This document shows, one piece after another, positions 29,175 through 38,721 of a stretch of DNA of 58,317 nt. The DNA comes from a virus (Duplodnaviria; Caudoviricetes), in IMG/VR virus record IMGVR_UViG_3300031774_000014, positions 1 to 58,317 of that record; one strand, written 5' to 3'. Position 1 is the first letter of the stretch. Every line of letters starts with the position of its first letter. The translations under genes were made by a program, and so were the position numbers. Below the pieces are notes generated by a model that was not told where the DNA came from, did no database searches, and saw only the letters and a list, made by a program, of their open reading frames with translations.

Positions 29175-29428
29175 AATTTAAAATTTACATTACCTGTGTC
29201 TAATGATTTATCTTCAGGTTCTTTAACTTTTTTATAGATTACTTGGTCTGTGTCTGCTTGTCCGCCGACATCCTTCTCTATTAAGTTATTAGGGTTAATG
29301 ATTTGCTTTAAGGCTTTTATTATAACAAAGTCTTTTTCGTTGACTGGAAGAAAGTCTTTTTCGTTTTGAAAAATCTCTTCAATTTGACTATATTCAAAAT
29401 CACCTATTAATAATTCAATTTTTTTCAT
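29171..29428 (-). CDS. Hypothetical protein (85 aa)
   Basis: Overlap-coupled ORF in operon. Confidence 0.7.
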   Translation of the reverse strand: MKKIELLIGDFEYSQIEEIFQNEKDFLPVNEKDFVIIKALKQIINPNNLIEKDVGGQADTDQVIYKKVKEPEDKSLDTGNVNFKL

Positions 29429-30477
29429 ACTGCATCGTTTTTTGATATTCCTAATATTCTTGCTTTCCAGCTTTCCATATTATCAAGTCTAGTTACCTCT
29501 TCTTCAACTAATTTTTTCTGCATCTCTGCTATTTCAACCATTCTTCTTCTTTCAGATTCAGCTTGAAAGTTTTTAACTAGAGATATAATGGTTGCATTGT
29601 CTTGTCTGCGGTTCTTTAATCGCTCTGCACGGTCACCGTTGAGTTTTTTAATGAGAGACTCCATTCTCTTCTCGCATTTATCGTATTCGTCGGTTTTTGA
29701 TTTTAATACTTCAGCCAACCTAACAGTCATGTCTTGTTGGTCTTCAACTTCATTAAACATAGTATTTAACTTTTCGATATGATAGGTAATATTTTTTAAA
29801 TTAATATAATCAACACAAACATTAATATATAAATTAATCTCATCACTTGTTAAGTCTGGCTTATCCCATGTAGCCCTTATAAACTCTGCTTCAAACAATT
29901 CTCTATCCTTCATGCTTGTATAGTTGCTTATTACTTGAATAAGGCGGGGGGCAGAGAGGCTCCTAAGTAAAGCATTAATGCAATCCTCTTCCTCGTGAGT
30001 TAACCTGTCTTCTTGGAGCTCTATCATTGTATACATGTTTATTTTCTTGAGGCATGTAATATTTAATTTGGGGGGGCTGTACACCCTATTAACCGCACTC
30101 TCACTGTCATGAACATAAGAGGGTTCATAATGCCGCAGGAATTCAAGGACAGTTAAATGCTCCTTGCATAACCTTCTGACATTAGAATCAGGAAAGAGTA
30201 TTTCAGCAATTTGATAAGCACTTAGCCCATTTTGAGCCTGAGCTTTTATAAATTCCCTTTGGTGGTCATTTAACTGGATGTCTGGCACTTTGTCTTTTTT
30301 TGTAGTTCGGTACTCCAAGTTTTCTTCGGCCAAAAACTCCCTTACAGATCTACCCTCTCGACTTCTTCCGTCAATATCAGGGTTATCAAATAACTTGCGG
30401 GTCAACTCTAATAAGTCTGGAGTCTCCTTAAAGTTATCCCTAATGAATTGTTTTTGCTCGTCAGTTAAGTTCATCAT
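29425..30477 (-). CDS. HTH + coiled-coil protein, candidate terminase small subunit
   Basis: GLSAYQIAEILF HTH-like segment, long C-terminal coiled coil, upstream of terL; function inferred. Confidence 0.4.
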   Translation of the reverse strand: MMNLTDEQKQFIRDNFKETPDLLELTRKLFDNPDIDGRSREGRSVREFLAEENLEYRTTKKDKVPDIQLNDHQREFIKAQAQNGLSAYQIAEILFPDSNVRRLCKEHLTVLEFLRHYEPSYVHDSESAVNRVYSPPKLNITCLKKINMYTMIELQEDRLTHEEEDCINALLRSLSAPRLIQVISNYTSMKDRELFEAEFIRATWDKPDLTSDEINLYINVCVDYINLKNITYHIEKLNTMFNEVEDQQDMTVRLAEVLKSKTDEYDKCEKRMESLIKKLNGDRAERLKNRRQDNATIISLVKNFQAESERRRMVEIAEMQKKLVEEEVTRLDNMESWKARILGISKNDAV

Positions 30478-31231
30478 CGCCTAAAAATGCTATTCCTTTC
30501 TTGTTTAAAATTGCAGCGGCCTTATCCTTTAAAGTCTTTTTTAAGTTTTTGATCTGTTTGTATCCGGCTTTTCTCCCTGTCTCTGTACTCTTGAAACCCA
30601 TCTCGTGGGCAACTTCTTCGTCTGTCATGTTTTTAATAAATAATAATTCAAAAGCTTGAAACTGTCTAGGATTTAATTGTTTCTTTAATTCTTTTATTAA
30701 TTTTGCTGATGCCACGTCTATGTCTGTCCCAAGTACATTATCTGAACGTGCATCTATTTGATTTATGTGATTTTCTAAAGATAATGTTATTTTGATATTA
30801 TATGCATTCTTCTTGCTCTTAGTCCACTTTTTGTATAGCGGGCATGTGCAGTCTTGCTCTCCAGAGGCTGTAAAACTGCAAAGATTATACTCTGAATCTG
30901 AATTAAATGGGCAATTTAAGCATGGCCTCGCATAATTACTATAATGATTCCTTAGGATATTTTTCATCTGATTGGCGATGATTTTGTTTATCCATGGCTT
31001 GATGGGGCGAGACTGATCCCACTGACTCCATTTATTAAATATATGAGCTCGAATAATCTGGCAAACATCGTCGAAGTCAACCCAGGCAACTGATGTTAAA
31101 AACCAATTCTTCCTTCTTTTGGACAGCTCTTGATCTATTAAGTCTGAGTGATCTTCGTATGTTTGGGTTTCTGGATTGGACGAGGTATCTTTCTTTGAAT
31201 TATTTTCCGGGTTTCTGCTCTGGTTCGACAT
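30461..31231 (-). CDS. Phage RNA polymerase sigma factor (ECF-like) with Cys-rich insertion
   Basis: Region 2 (DFDDVCQ...WINKIIANQMKNILR), region 4 HTH (LNPRQFQAFELLFIKNMTDEEVAHEMG); likely start ATG 31231. Confidence 0.75.
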   Translation of the reverse strand: MSNQSRNPENNSKKDTSSNPETQTYEDHSDLIDQELSKRRKNWFLTSVAWVDFDDVCQIIRAHIFNKWSQWDQSRPIKPWINKIIANQMKNILRNHYSNYARPCLNCPFNSDSEYNLCSFTASGEQDCTCPLYKKWTKSKKNAYNIKITLSLENHINQIDARSDNVLGTDIDVASAKLIKELKKQLNPRQFQAFELLFIKNMTDEEVAHEMGFKSTETGRKAGYKQIKNLKKTLKDKAAAILNKKGIAFLGDDELN

Positions 31232-31514
31232 TGACAATATCTCCGAATTTGTAAGTTTTGTTGCCTGATCCTTCATGAGCTAAATCATAACTCAATCTCC
31301 CAATGCTTGGAACATAGTCAATGTCTGTTTCATCATCTTTCAACGGCACTGAAGCTTTGGATTGCGATGTCTTTTTATTCAGGTTCACTTTTGTCTTTGT
31401 GCTCGACTGAGTTGACACTCCTCCAATAGGTGAGCCGCATGAAGAACAAAATTTAGGTTTAGCCCCAGAGTATGAGACCTTACCTCCACATTCAGTACAA
31501 TATATATGTTGCAT
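31200..31514 (-). CDS. Zinc-ribbon protein
   Basis: CTECG...CSSCG; start reassigned to ATG 31514. Confidence 0.7.
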   Translation of the reverse strand: MQHIYCTECGGKVSYSGAKPKFCSSCGSPIGGVSTQSSTKTKVNLNKKTSQSKASVPLKDDETDIDYVPSIGRLSYDLAHEGSGNKTYKFGDIVNVEPEQKPGK

Positions 31515-31554
31515 ATTATTATATAATAATTGACTGCAAAAAAAAATCAATTAT

Positions 31555-32196
31555 TTATATTAAGTATCCACCTATTGCTCTTGCTTGTGCTTTTATAAAT
31601 TTAAGTAAATAAAGTTCGAAGTCTTCTTCTCCAAATTTTTCCCGAATCTTCACTAGGTCAACATTCCCCTTGACATAGTCTACTCCAAGAATACCTATAA
31701 TGTTGCCATTAAGAGTCTTGATTGGTACATTGAAAATTGACTTAACCCCCTTGGAATGCAGAAGAGATGAAAATGCATGGTCATCTAGACTGTCGGAGTC
31801 AAAACTAAAAAACTTTCCGTCATCAATTAAATGGCTTATATAAGAGTGGTAGTTTGATACTTTATATTCTTGCATCTCGATACATTCTCTACTAGTTCCT
31901 TCTGTGACAATCTCATGAGTACAGCTAAATTTCTGCTGATGCCTGCCTGATAAGTAACTGTTTCCATTGTGGAACTCAATCACATATGCTCTGTCTCCAC
32001 CTAACTCGGTTAAAATGAACTCTAATGCTTTGTATACGTTCCTGCTTTGAAGAGTGTCTTTAATGACCGGGTCCTTGCAGTCAGAATCACAGGAGGCTTG
32101 ATTCCTGTTTTTAAATATTCTATGTCCGAATATTACACTGCTTAATGTAGCCAGTGCAGTAATCACGGATGCTATTATTGTGGACCAATCTATCAT
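31555..32196 (-). CDS. N-terminal TM helix + GAF-like domain (possible holin, T4 gpT-like architecture)
   Basis: Hydrophobic residues 6-24; DRAYVIEFHNG and VPIK..G.IIGILGVDY GAF-like motifs. Confidence 0.5.
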   Translation of the reverse strand: MIDWSTIIASVITALATLSSVIFGHRIFKNRNQASCDSDCKDPVIKDTLQSRNVYKALEFILTELGGDRAYVIEFHNGNSYLSGRHQQKFSCTHEIVTEGTSRECIEMQEYKVSNYHSYISHLIDDGKFFSFDSDSLDDHAFSSLLHSKGVKSIFNVPIKTLNGNIIGILGVDYVKGNVDLVKIREKFGEEDFELYLLKFIKAQARAIGGYLI

Positions 32197-32217
32197 TTAA
32201 AAAAATAGTACACTAAT

Positions 32218-32937
32218 TTATTTGTTTTTTAATTTTTTGACTATATATTTAAGTATTTCACTCCTAAAAATATCTGACTCGTTAAATTTAAAGCAATAAA
32301 TCCCCCTGTCTCTGCTTTCATCGTCGTCAAACACTTTAATCATGTCATTAAAACCGCTCTTTCCGTTGATGTCGCTCTGCATTGTGTCGCCACATACAAA
32401 GAGTTTCGTGCCTTCACCAATTCTGGTGATTAACGTAACAAGCTCTCTGAATGTAAAGTTTTGTGATTCATCAGCTATAACGATTTTGTTTAACCAGCTT
32501 GCTCCTCGTAAGAAATTGATTGGCATCGCTTGAACTCTACCGCTTTTAATGAGCTCTTGCTTGATAGTCGTTGTTTTTGGCAACATCTCGTCGAGCTTAT
32601 CTTCTAGTGGAGCCATGTATGGATTAAACTTATCCTCTATGGTGCCAGGAAGGGCTCCAAGGCCTTTTTCCGCACTCTCTATAGCTGTCCTCACATAAAG
32701 CAGATCAAGTTCGCCATCCTGCCTTAGTTGCCTAAGGGCAGCGAAAACCGCCATGTATGTTTTAGTGGATCCGGCTGGTCCAGAAACAAAAATTATTTTG
32801 CATTCTGGATCTAATGCTATATCTACAAATTTTTTTTGTTTTTCACTCAGTTTCAATCCTTTAATTCGGATCTTAGGCTGAAAGGCGTTATCGTTAATGA
32901 TTTCAATCTCTTCTTGATTAATTTTTTTTCTTCCCAT
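32218..32937 (-). CDS. phoH: PhoH-family ATPase
   Basis: GPAGSTKT P-loop, LGALPG, FLRG, DESQN, ITRIG, GD..QSD. Confidence 0.92.
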   Translation of the reverse strand: MGRKKINQEEIEIINDNAFQPKIRIKGLKLSEKQKKFVDIALDPECKIIFVSGPAGSTKTYMAVFAALRQLRQDGELDLLYVRTAIESAEKGLGALPGTIEDKFNPYMAPLEDKLDEMLPKTTTIKQELIKSGRVQAMPINFLRGASWLNKIVIADESQNFTFRELVTLITRIGEGTKLFVCGDTMQSDINGKSGFNDMIKVFDDDESRDRGIYCFKFNESDIFRSEILKYIVKKLKNK

Positions 32938-32996
32938 ATGTTTTTGTTAGGATTGTATATAATTACACAAAGTTTAGTGTATAATATATATATTAT

Positions 32997-33194
32997 ATGG
33001 GAAATTTATCAAAATACGACGTACTTAATTTATTGTCAAAGAAAATGCCTTTTTTTGCGGCCACACAATGGCTAAAAAATCCACATCCAGAATTTGACGG
33101 AAAGGCTCCGTCTGACTTGATGAAAGAAGGGGAGATCGAAGCTGTTTATGCTCAATTAGAAGCCGACCTCAACGCTAAAAAGAAAAATGGGTAG
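32997..33194 (+). CDS. Stand-alone Xre/MbcA/ParS antitoxin C-terminal-like domain
   Basis: A..WL..P...FDG..P.DL...G....V...L signature. Confidence 0.7.
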   Translation: MGNLSKYDVLNLLSKKMPFFAATQWLKNPHPEFDGKAPSDLMKEGEIEAVYAQLEADLNAKKKNG

Positions 33195-33669
33195 AGAATT
33201 CGCCAGATTTTCGGTAAAACTGAGCGAGACCTTCGATTTAGGTGAAGGCCTTGATACTGAGTCCCCGGGGGTAACTTCTGCTAATTTTTATGGCCCAGGT
33301 GGCTCCCACACTGATGTCACTAATTCCCTTGAAAGCTTGAATGCGCTTGCATCTAATAATACTAAGTATACTATTATTGATATTAAAGACGAAACTCAAG
33401 AGCCTCAAGTTGCTGCAAGAGTCATAGCTCAAGGATTAGCATCAGGAAACACTTCAGGAAATTGGACTTTGATCAGCGGCATAGGTTGCACTATTGAGGG
33501 TTTTGGTCAAGGGGGTTTCAAAATTACCCCTACTGAGTCAATGGGTCGCTCAATTATAACTTTTGGAGCCGGAGATGGCGTCGTACTATCGGTTGGAAAA
33601 AGCAGTGAGTCCTTTACGGTCAATACTCGTAATGGAAATAAAGCTGTCTTCTTTGTGATAACAAAATAA
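33187..33669 (+). CDS. Hypothetical, probably virion-associated beta protein
   Basis: 160 aa G/S/T-rich; coupled to neighbours. Confidence 0.6.
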   Translation: MGREFARFSVKLSETFDLGEGLDTESPGVTSANFYGPGGSHTDVTNSLESLNALASNNTKYTIIDIKDETQEPQVAARVIAQGLASGNTSGNWTLISGIGCTIEGFGQGGFKITPTESMGRSIITFGAGDGVVLSVGKSSESFTVNTRNGNKAVFFVITK

Positions 33670-33681
33670 TACTCATTTGAA

Positions 33682-34878
33682 ATGAAAATCAATATTATAT
33701 GGGGCAAGTATGTGGTCTACGATTATGGCCGCGAAGATATATCCACCGCAATAGGAGAAAAATCCATAGACATCAAAGATTCAACAGGAACAGTCGTCTC
33801 GAAACTTAAGATCGATACAACAAATAACCAGATTTTAAAGCTACCCACATTGTCACGAGATGTTTCTTATGATATCGAAATAGACGACGGTATCCTTGAT
33901 GTTCAAAGCGATCTACCTTCGGAAGATGAAGAGCCAGAGCAAGACGGTATAAAAATTAGCGAATTGCCAGCCACATCTGCCCTACAGCAAAGCGATTTGT
34001 TTGCAATATCCAGGGACGATGCGGAAGATGGCAGCTATAATCGAACACTGCATGTTACCTTGACTGATTTAATCGCCTCAATCAACCCATTGGCTACATA
34101 CATTCTGACCGTTAATGGCGTCACTGGGGGCGCAGTAACTCCTTTGGCTCCAGAAAACTACCAAGAAGGTGCGACTGTTACCGCCGGTATAACAATGGAA
34201 CCAGAGTATAATTTTCTATCTTGGACCTCTGATTGGCCCACTCTAGATGGATCAACTGATGCAAGTTTAAACTTTCAAATGCCCGCGCAAGATGTCACTT
34301 TAACACCAAATGTCGAGGTCGCTGACAATAGCACATGGGATCATACTATAAATGAGGCCGGGGCCTTAGGCTTGGGATGGCCTGGATATGATCCGCCTGC
34401 TTTAAGATATTCTAACGAAACTACAAAAACCAGCGATTCTAACGATTTCAAATTCTTCTATCATAATAATAGCACATTTACTTATACATCTATTCTTGTA
34501 TTAGATAACGAGTTTGATTGGGTAAAAACAGAAATTCAGTCTAATCCATCAAATTTACTAGTTGAATATATCGATAATACCGGAACCGTGCTGCAGGATT
34601 CTTCCTTGCAAGATTTATCTTATACCGGGCTAGGGATTGAGACTAAATGGTTTGGTGCGAGCTCTAACAATATACAAACAGGCGGGATTCGAGTATTGGG
34701 CATATCTGACGACACAGGGGGAGGATTTCCTGGTCAAGTGTATCTCGGCATGCAATATGATCTACCATATCCGCATGTACAAGCTAGGATCACAAAAATA
34801 GATACCAACGATACCTTGACCTCACCAAAACTTATAGTATATGATCGTAATGATCCTACATTTGGAGTAGGAGTTTAA
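33682..34878 (+). CDS. Virion/fibre-like protein with InlB B-repeat-like domain
   Basis: KISELPATSALQQSDLFAI fibre motif; YILTV...Y.EG.TVT...Y.F..W...F.MPA.DVTLT B-repeat pattern. Confidence 0.6.
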   Translation: MKINIIWGKYVVYDYGREDISTAIGEKSIDIKDSTGTVVSKLKIDTTNNQILKLPTLSRDVSYDIEIDDGILDVQSDLPSEDEEPEQDGIKISELPATSALQQSDLFAISRDDAEDGSYNRTLHVTLTDLIASINPLATYILTVNGVTGGAVTPLAPENYQEGATVTAGITMEPEYNFLSWTSDWPTLDGSTDASLNFQMPAQDVTLTPNVEVADNSTWDHTINEAGALGLGWPGYDPPALRYSNETTKTSDSNDFKFFYHNNSTFTYTSILVLDNEFDWVKTEIQSNPSNLLVEYIDNTGTVLQDSSLQDLSYTGLGIETKWFGASSNNIQTGGIRVLGISDDTGGGFPGQVYLGMQYDLPYPHVQARITKIDTNDTLTSPKLIVYDRNDPTFGVGV

Positions 34879-34882
34879 TCTC

Positions 34883-35122
34883 TTACTTTTTATTTAAAAA
34901 AGAGCGGTACCAATATTCTCCACCTTGCCTCAAGCTGTCATTGCTTTCCCTAATATATTCAAGCAAAGAATCAATCAATAATAATTTTTCTCCTATAAAG
35001 TAATTATTTGTTTCGTCCCTGACTTCCTTTATAATATCTTTTGCGAAGTCTATATACGGACATGTATTTGTTGGTATTTGTGGGGCATCTGCCTTGTAAT
35101 CTTCTATTGTTTTGCGTTTCAT
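34883..35122 (-). CDS. Hypothetical protein (79 aa)
   Basis: GTGTA motif upstream; P.TCPYID motif. Confidence 0.7.
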   Translation of the reverse strand: MKRKTIEDYKADAPQIPTNTCPYIDFAKDIIKEVRDETNNYFIGEKLLLIDSLLEYIRESNDSLRQGGEYWYRSFLNKK

Positions 35123-35140
35123 ATAATTTATTATACACGC

Positions 35141-35165
35141 AAAAAAAAGCCCTCTGTAGAGGGCT
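35141..35165 (-). terminator. Intrinsic terminator
   Basis: AGCCCTC-taca-GAGGGCT + T-run on minus strand. Confidence 0.8.
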
Positions 35166-35179
35166 AATAATTTATAATA

Positions 35180-35410
35180 CTATACAACCTTGTTGCCAGG
35201 AGGTAAGTCGGCGATTTTGTAAACTTCTGCGGGGTCTTGTTCGGTGACCGTTTTAGTGCAAACATAAAGGGCGGGGCTAGCTCCTGTCACAAGAAGCATT
35301 TCTCCGGCTATGGCGTCACTTAAACTGTTTTGTATGTCGGAGCCTGTCCGGATTTTAACACGAAACTCTTTGTTATCTAAGTATTGCCCACTGTATCCTA
35401 TGTTTTGCAT
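35180..35410 (-). CDS. Hypothetical protein (76 aa)
   Basis: ORF directly after the 277-aa gene, followed by terminator. Confidence 0.65.
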   Translation of the reverse strand: MQNIGYSGQYLDNKEFRVKIRTGSDIQNSLSDAIAGEMLLVTGASPALYVCTKTVTEQDPAEVYKIADLPPGNKVV

Positions 35411-35414
35411 CTAA

Positions 35415-36248
35415 TTATTTACTTTTTTTCTTTTTCCAACCGCTGTCAGAAACAGGTACACATTTGCCGTCTTTTTCTACATATCCCTCGTTGCATTTGG
35501 GAGGGTAACCAGCTTTTTCGTCAGCCTTAGATTCTTTTTTTTCTTTGCTTGATTTTTGAGCTTTTTTTAATGCTTTAGGGTCTGGATAGTCCTTGTCGCC
35601 TGGTTTGGCAGGCTTGTAATTCTTGCCTTCACGTTTTTTCTTGTCGCGAATATTTTCCCAAAGACCTTTTTTTGCGTCAGACTCTTTCTCTGTTTTCTTA
35701 TCACCGCCCTTTTTCTTATCGTCGCTTTCTTTCTTGTTTCCACCTTCTTTCTTATCTTTTGAGTCTTTGCTTGTTTTACCTTGCTTATCTTCGATCTTTT
35801 TCTGGATTGCAGGTGGAAGCTTTTTTTGTTTGTCAGTCAAAGCCTCTGATTCGTCTAACTCGTTCAATAATTCATCTTCGGCAGAGCTACCTTTGGTAAC
35901 TTTAGTGACACTCTTCTTGCTCCACATCTTGCAACTCCAATACTTTGCTTTTGTCTTGGGTCCAGGATTATCACAGCCATGACGAGCACGAAAGCTTTTG
36001 CGGCGAGCAGGGTCGTCACGCTTGATTTCCATGTTGGGGTCGCCAAAGTTTACTTTTACGACATTGCCTTTTTCGTTTTTGACATATACTGAGAATTTCT
36101 TAGGCCCTCCCGAAGTTCTAAATGGCTTGTTTAATTTTTTACCCTTTTTTTCTTCGGCCGCCCAGGATTCCTGGGAGATTTCTTCCGCGTTACCCTCTTC
36201 AGCTTCTAGTTGAGCCCGTATTTCTTGTGTGAAGTCTAGTTCTTTCAT
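35415..36248 (-). CDS. Lys-rich modular protein, probable internal head protein
   Basis: Modules V.FGDP...RRKSFRARH.C...YWSC, LT.KQKKLP, GLW.NI..K, YPPKC..GY....GKCVP, each preceded by ESxA. Confidence 0.6.
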   Translation of the reverse strand: MKELDFTQEIRAQLEAEEGNAEEISQESWAAEEKKGKKLNKPFRTSGGPKKFSVYVKNEKGNVVKVNFGDPNMEIKRDDPARRKSFRARHGCDNPGPKTKAKYWSCKMWSKKSVTKVTKGSSAEDELLNELDESEALTDKQKKLPPAIQKKIEDKQGKTSKDSKDKKEGGNKKESDDKKKGGDKKTEKESDAKKGLWENIRDKKKREGKNYKPAKPGDKDYPDPKALKKAQKSSKEKKESKADEKAGYPPKCNEGYVEKDGKCVPVSDSGWKKKKSK

Positions 36249-36300
36249 TATATTATAATGTATATTAAATTATAAATTTTCTATTTTAAATTATTAATTT

Positions 36301-36804
36301 TTAATTAAATTCACCCATTAGGCAAGGGTCACGAGCCACAATAGCGGAATATCGGGGAGTGTCTCTAACCGGGTTCACCCAGTGCATCGCACCTTTTTCA
36401 ATGTGTAGCACCCGACCAGGAATGTCATTGTAGAAATTGAATCTTTTGTTGTGTTTGTCCTCTATCACAATACCATCATGTTCCGATGATGTGAACACCA
36501 TCAAAGCATGCCATGGCCAAGGATCATGGTGTGGTGGTATGTAATCTCCTTGATCGTACCTGTTCACACCAACATATGACCAATCATCAGGTATGTCGAT
36601 TTCTTTAGCGAATTGAGACAACACCCAATCAACTAGTTGAGGAGTCATGTTATTCAAAGGTTGTTTATCTTCTGGGAGAACCTTTATTGCGGATGACTCG
36701 CGATAAGCTAAATTGTAACGTGGATACTTGACGTGATCCATTGAAGACTCAAGTGCTGGGCGATGCCATTGCACATTTTGTTCTATTCTATCAATGAAAC
36801 TCAT
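36301..36804 (-). CDS. 2OG-Fe(II) oxygenase
   Basis: NRY..GD.I.PHxD, distal H (HWV), RYS motif. Confidence 0.8.
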   Translation of the reverse strand: MSFIDRIEQNVQWHRPALESSMDHVKYPRYNLAYRESSAIKVLPEDKQPLNNMTPQLVDWVLSQFAKEIDIPDDWSYVGVNRYDQGDYIPPHHDPWPWHALMVFTSSEHDGIVIEDKHNKRFNFYNDIPGRVLHIEKGAMHWVNPVRDTPRYSAIVARDPCLMGEFN

Positions 36805-38297
36805 AATCTACCTGCGATCCTGGTCCAAGAGTATTTATTATTAGCATTATCATCAAAAAGACTGTAATTTCCTTGACCGATTCCGAACAAATGACCTTTT
36901 GCATCTACATACACTGCAAAACCAACACCATCACCATATGCACCAGTGTAACATCTGAACTGAACCGGTGTGGTTGGTGTGTTGGACCGTGTAAATATTA
37001 ATTGAGCGCTGGTTATACCATTTCCTATCTGTCCGTATCCATTGTTACCAGCAGCATACAGTTGTTTATCATCGCTGAGAGCGTAAGCTGTTGTTTCGGA
37101 GCCATAATTGCACAAGAACATTTTGGTGATATTTTTGTCGCTCAAATCTGGTACCAACTCCCATGTGTTTCTGCTGGTAGTATCACCAAGACCAAGTTGT
37201 CCGTATGAATTGCGACCACAACTGTATATGTTACCATCTGTCTTCAACACATACGCACTGGCAGAACTTCCACCGGCAACCCAAAAATCAACCACGTCGT
37301 TGGTTACTGTGATTTGAGGAGTTCCGGAATGTGTGGTGTTTCCAACTCCCAGTTGACCATAAGCGTTGTAACCCCATGCGTACAACCGACCAGTGGATGT
37401 TCTTACATACACAGTTGTGGCGTGACCGTTAGTAACTATTTTCATGTCCACAACTTGTTGGTCTATCATACCTCCTTGAATAACTTTGTGCCAATTTTGA
37501 TGTTCAGCTTCTGTACCGGTACTAGTTGTACCATCACCTCGTTGACCATAACTATTACAACCGGTGGTTTCAACAGTACCGTCGTGTTTCAACACGAATC
37601 CACACTGACCGTAATATGTGTTTGTATGACCAATACTCGTGGTGGTCCACTGACGACCACCGATGTATGCTTGCTTTACATTGGTATTGATCAACGCTGG
37701 TGCTGGCCCCAACGTATTCATTTGATTATTATTTATACCCAAACCAAACAGATAACCATGTGGATTGTGACCTGAGCCATACAAATCACCATTTTCCATC
37801 AAATAGTAAAATGTTTTATGATTGTGGGATCCAGTGGAAACGTGGATACATTTCAGATCTTCTGGTAAATCCACTTGACCAATCCAATTATTAGTCATGT
37901 GGGTTCCATCCTTGTAACCCAATTGTCTATTGTCATTTAAACCAGTGGCGTAACATTTACCTGTTTTGGAAATTATAAACATATTGTCATGACCTTCGAA
38001 CACCTTGTCCGCTAGTTCACCGTCTGGTAAAGGTAAATTAAGGAAGGCACCATGATTGCTGCTATTACCAGCGCAATGATAGCTTGTGCCACCAAAAACA
38101 CGAGCCTGATGCGCTTGATCGATCAACGCCATTTTATGAGTATGATCGTGCATTATACCGTCACCATGTCCAAATTCTGAGAATTTTTCAACAAGCGTGG
38201 AGTCTAGTTGTCCACCACCGGTGTCGTCAAGAGTTAATTGATAAACAGGATCTGATGCCGTACCTATGTTCTTGTAACTTTTTCCAAATTTTTTCAT
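36801..38297 (-). CDS. RCC1-repeat beta-propeller protein (probable fibre/receptor-binding)
   Basis: Repeated G.(L/V)Y.WG.N.YGQLG.G motifs (about six). Confidence 0.85.
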   Translation of the reverse strand: MKKFGKSYKNIGTASDPVYQLTLDDTGGGQLDSTLVEKFSEFGHGDGIMHDHTHKMALIDQAHQARVFGGTSYHCAGNSSNHGAFLNLPLPDGELADKVFEGHDNMFIISKTGKCYATGLNDNRQLGYKDGTHMTNNWIGQVDLPEDLKCIHVSTGSHNHKTFYYLMENGDLYGSGHNPHGYLFGLGINNNQMNTLGPAPALINTNVKQAYIGGRQWTTTSIGHTNTYYGQCGFVLKHDGTVETTGCNSYGQRGDGTTSTGTEAEHQNWHKVIQGGMIDQQVVDMKIVTNGHATTVYVRTSTGRLYAWGYNAYGQLGVGNTTHSGTPQITVTNDVVDFWVAGGSSASAYVLKTDGNIYSCGRNSYGQLGLGDTTSRNTWELVPDLSDKNITKMFLCNYGSETTAYALSDDKQLYAAGNNGYGQIGNGITSAQLIFTRSNTPTTPVQFRCYTGAYGDGVGFAVYVDAKGHLFGIGQGNYSLFDDNANNKYSWTRIAGRL

Positions 38298-38721
38298 ATC
38301 TTAATATAAGATTACACAAGAATCTTATTTTCGGCGGCATATTCTGTCGCCAATCTCAACACGACCCCCACACTCATGCCAGACATTATTTCTTTTTTTG
38401 TTTTTTTATTCAACTATACAGTATTTATTATAAAATATTATAAAATTTGTATTGTTTTATTTTTTGCTATACATTTTTATCCCCTTCCAATTTTTTTAAA
38501 AACCCTTTTTTGATTTTTTACCCGCCGATTTTTTTTGATTTAGTAAATTATATAAAGTTATAATATTCAAAATTGAGAATGAAGATACCCACCCCCCCCG
38601 CTATTTAGAAAGTCATACCTTCGTATAAATTCAAAAAAGTACCCCCGGGGTCGGATTAATTTTCTTTAAAATAAATGCCAATTAGTTTGACGTCACCTCT
38701 TTTTTGCCTTACCTTGTATAT

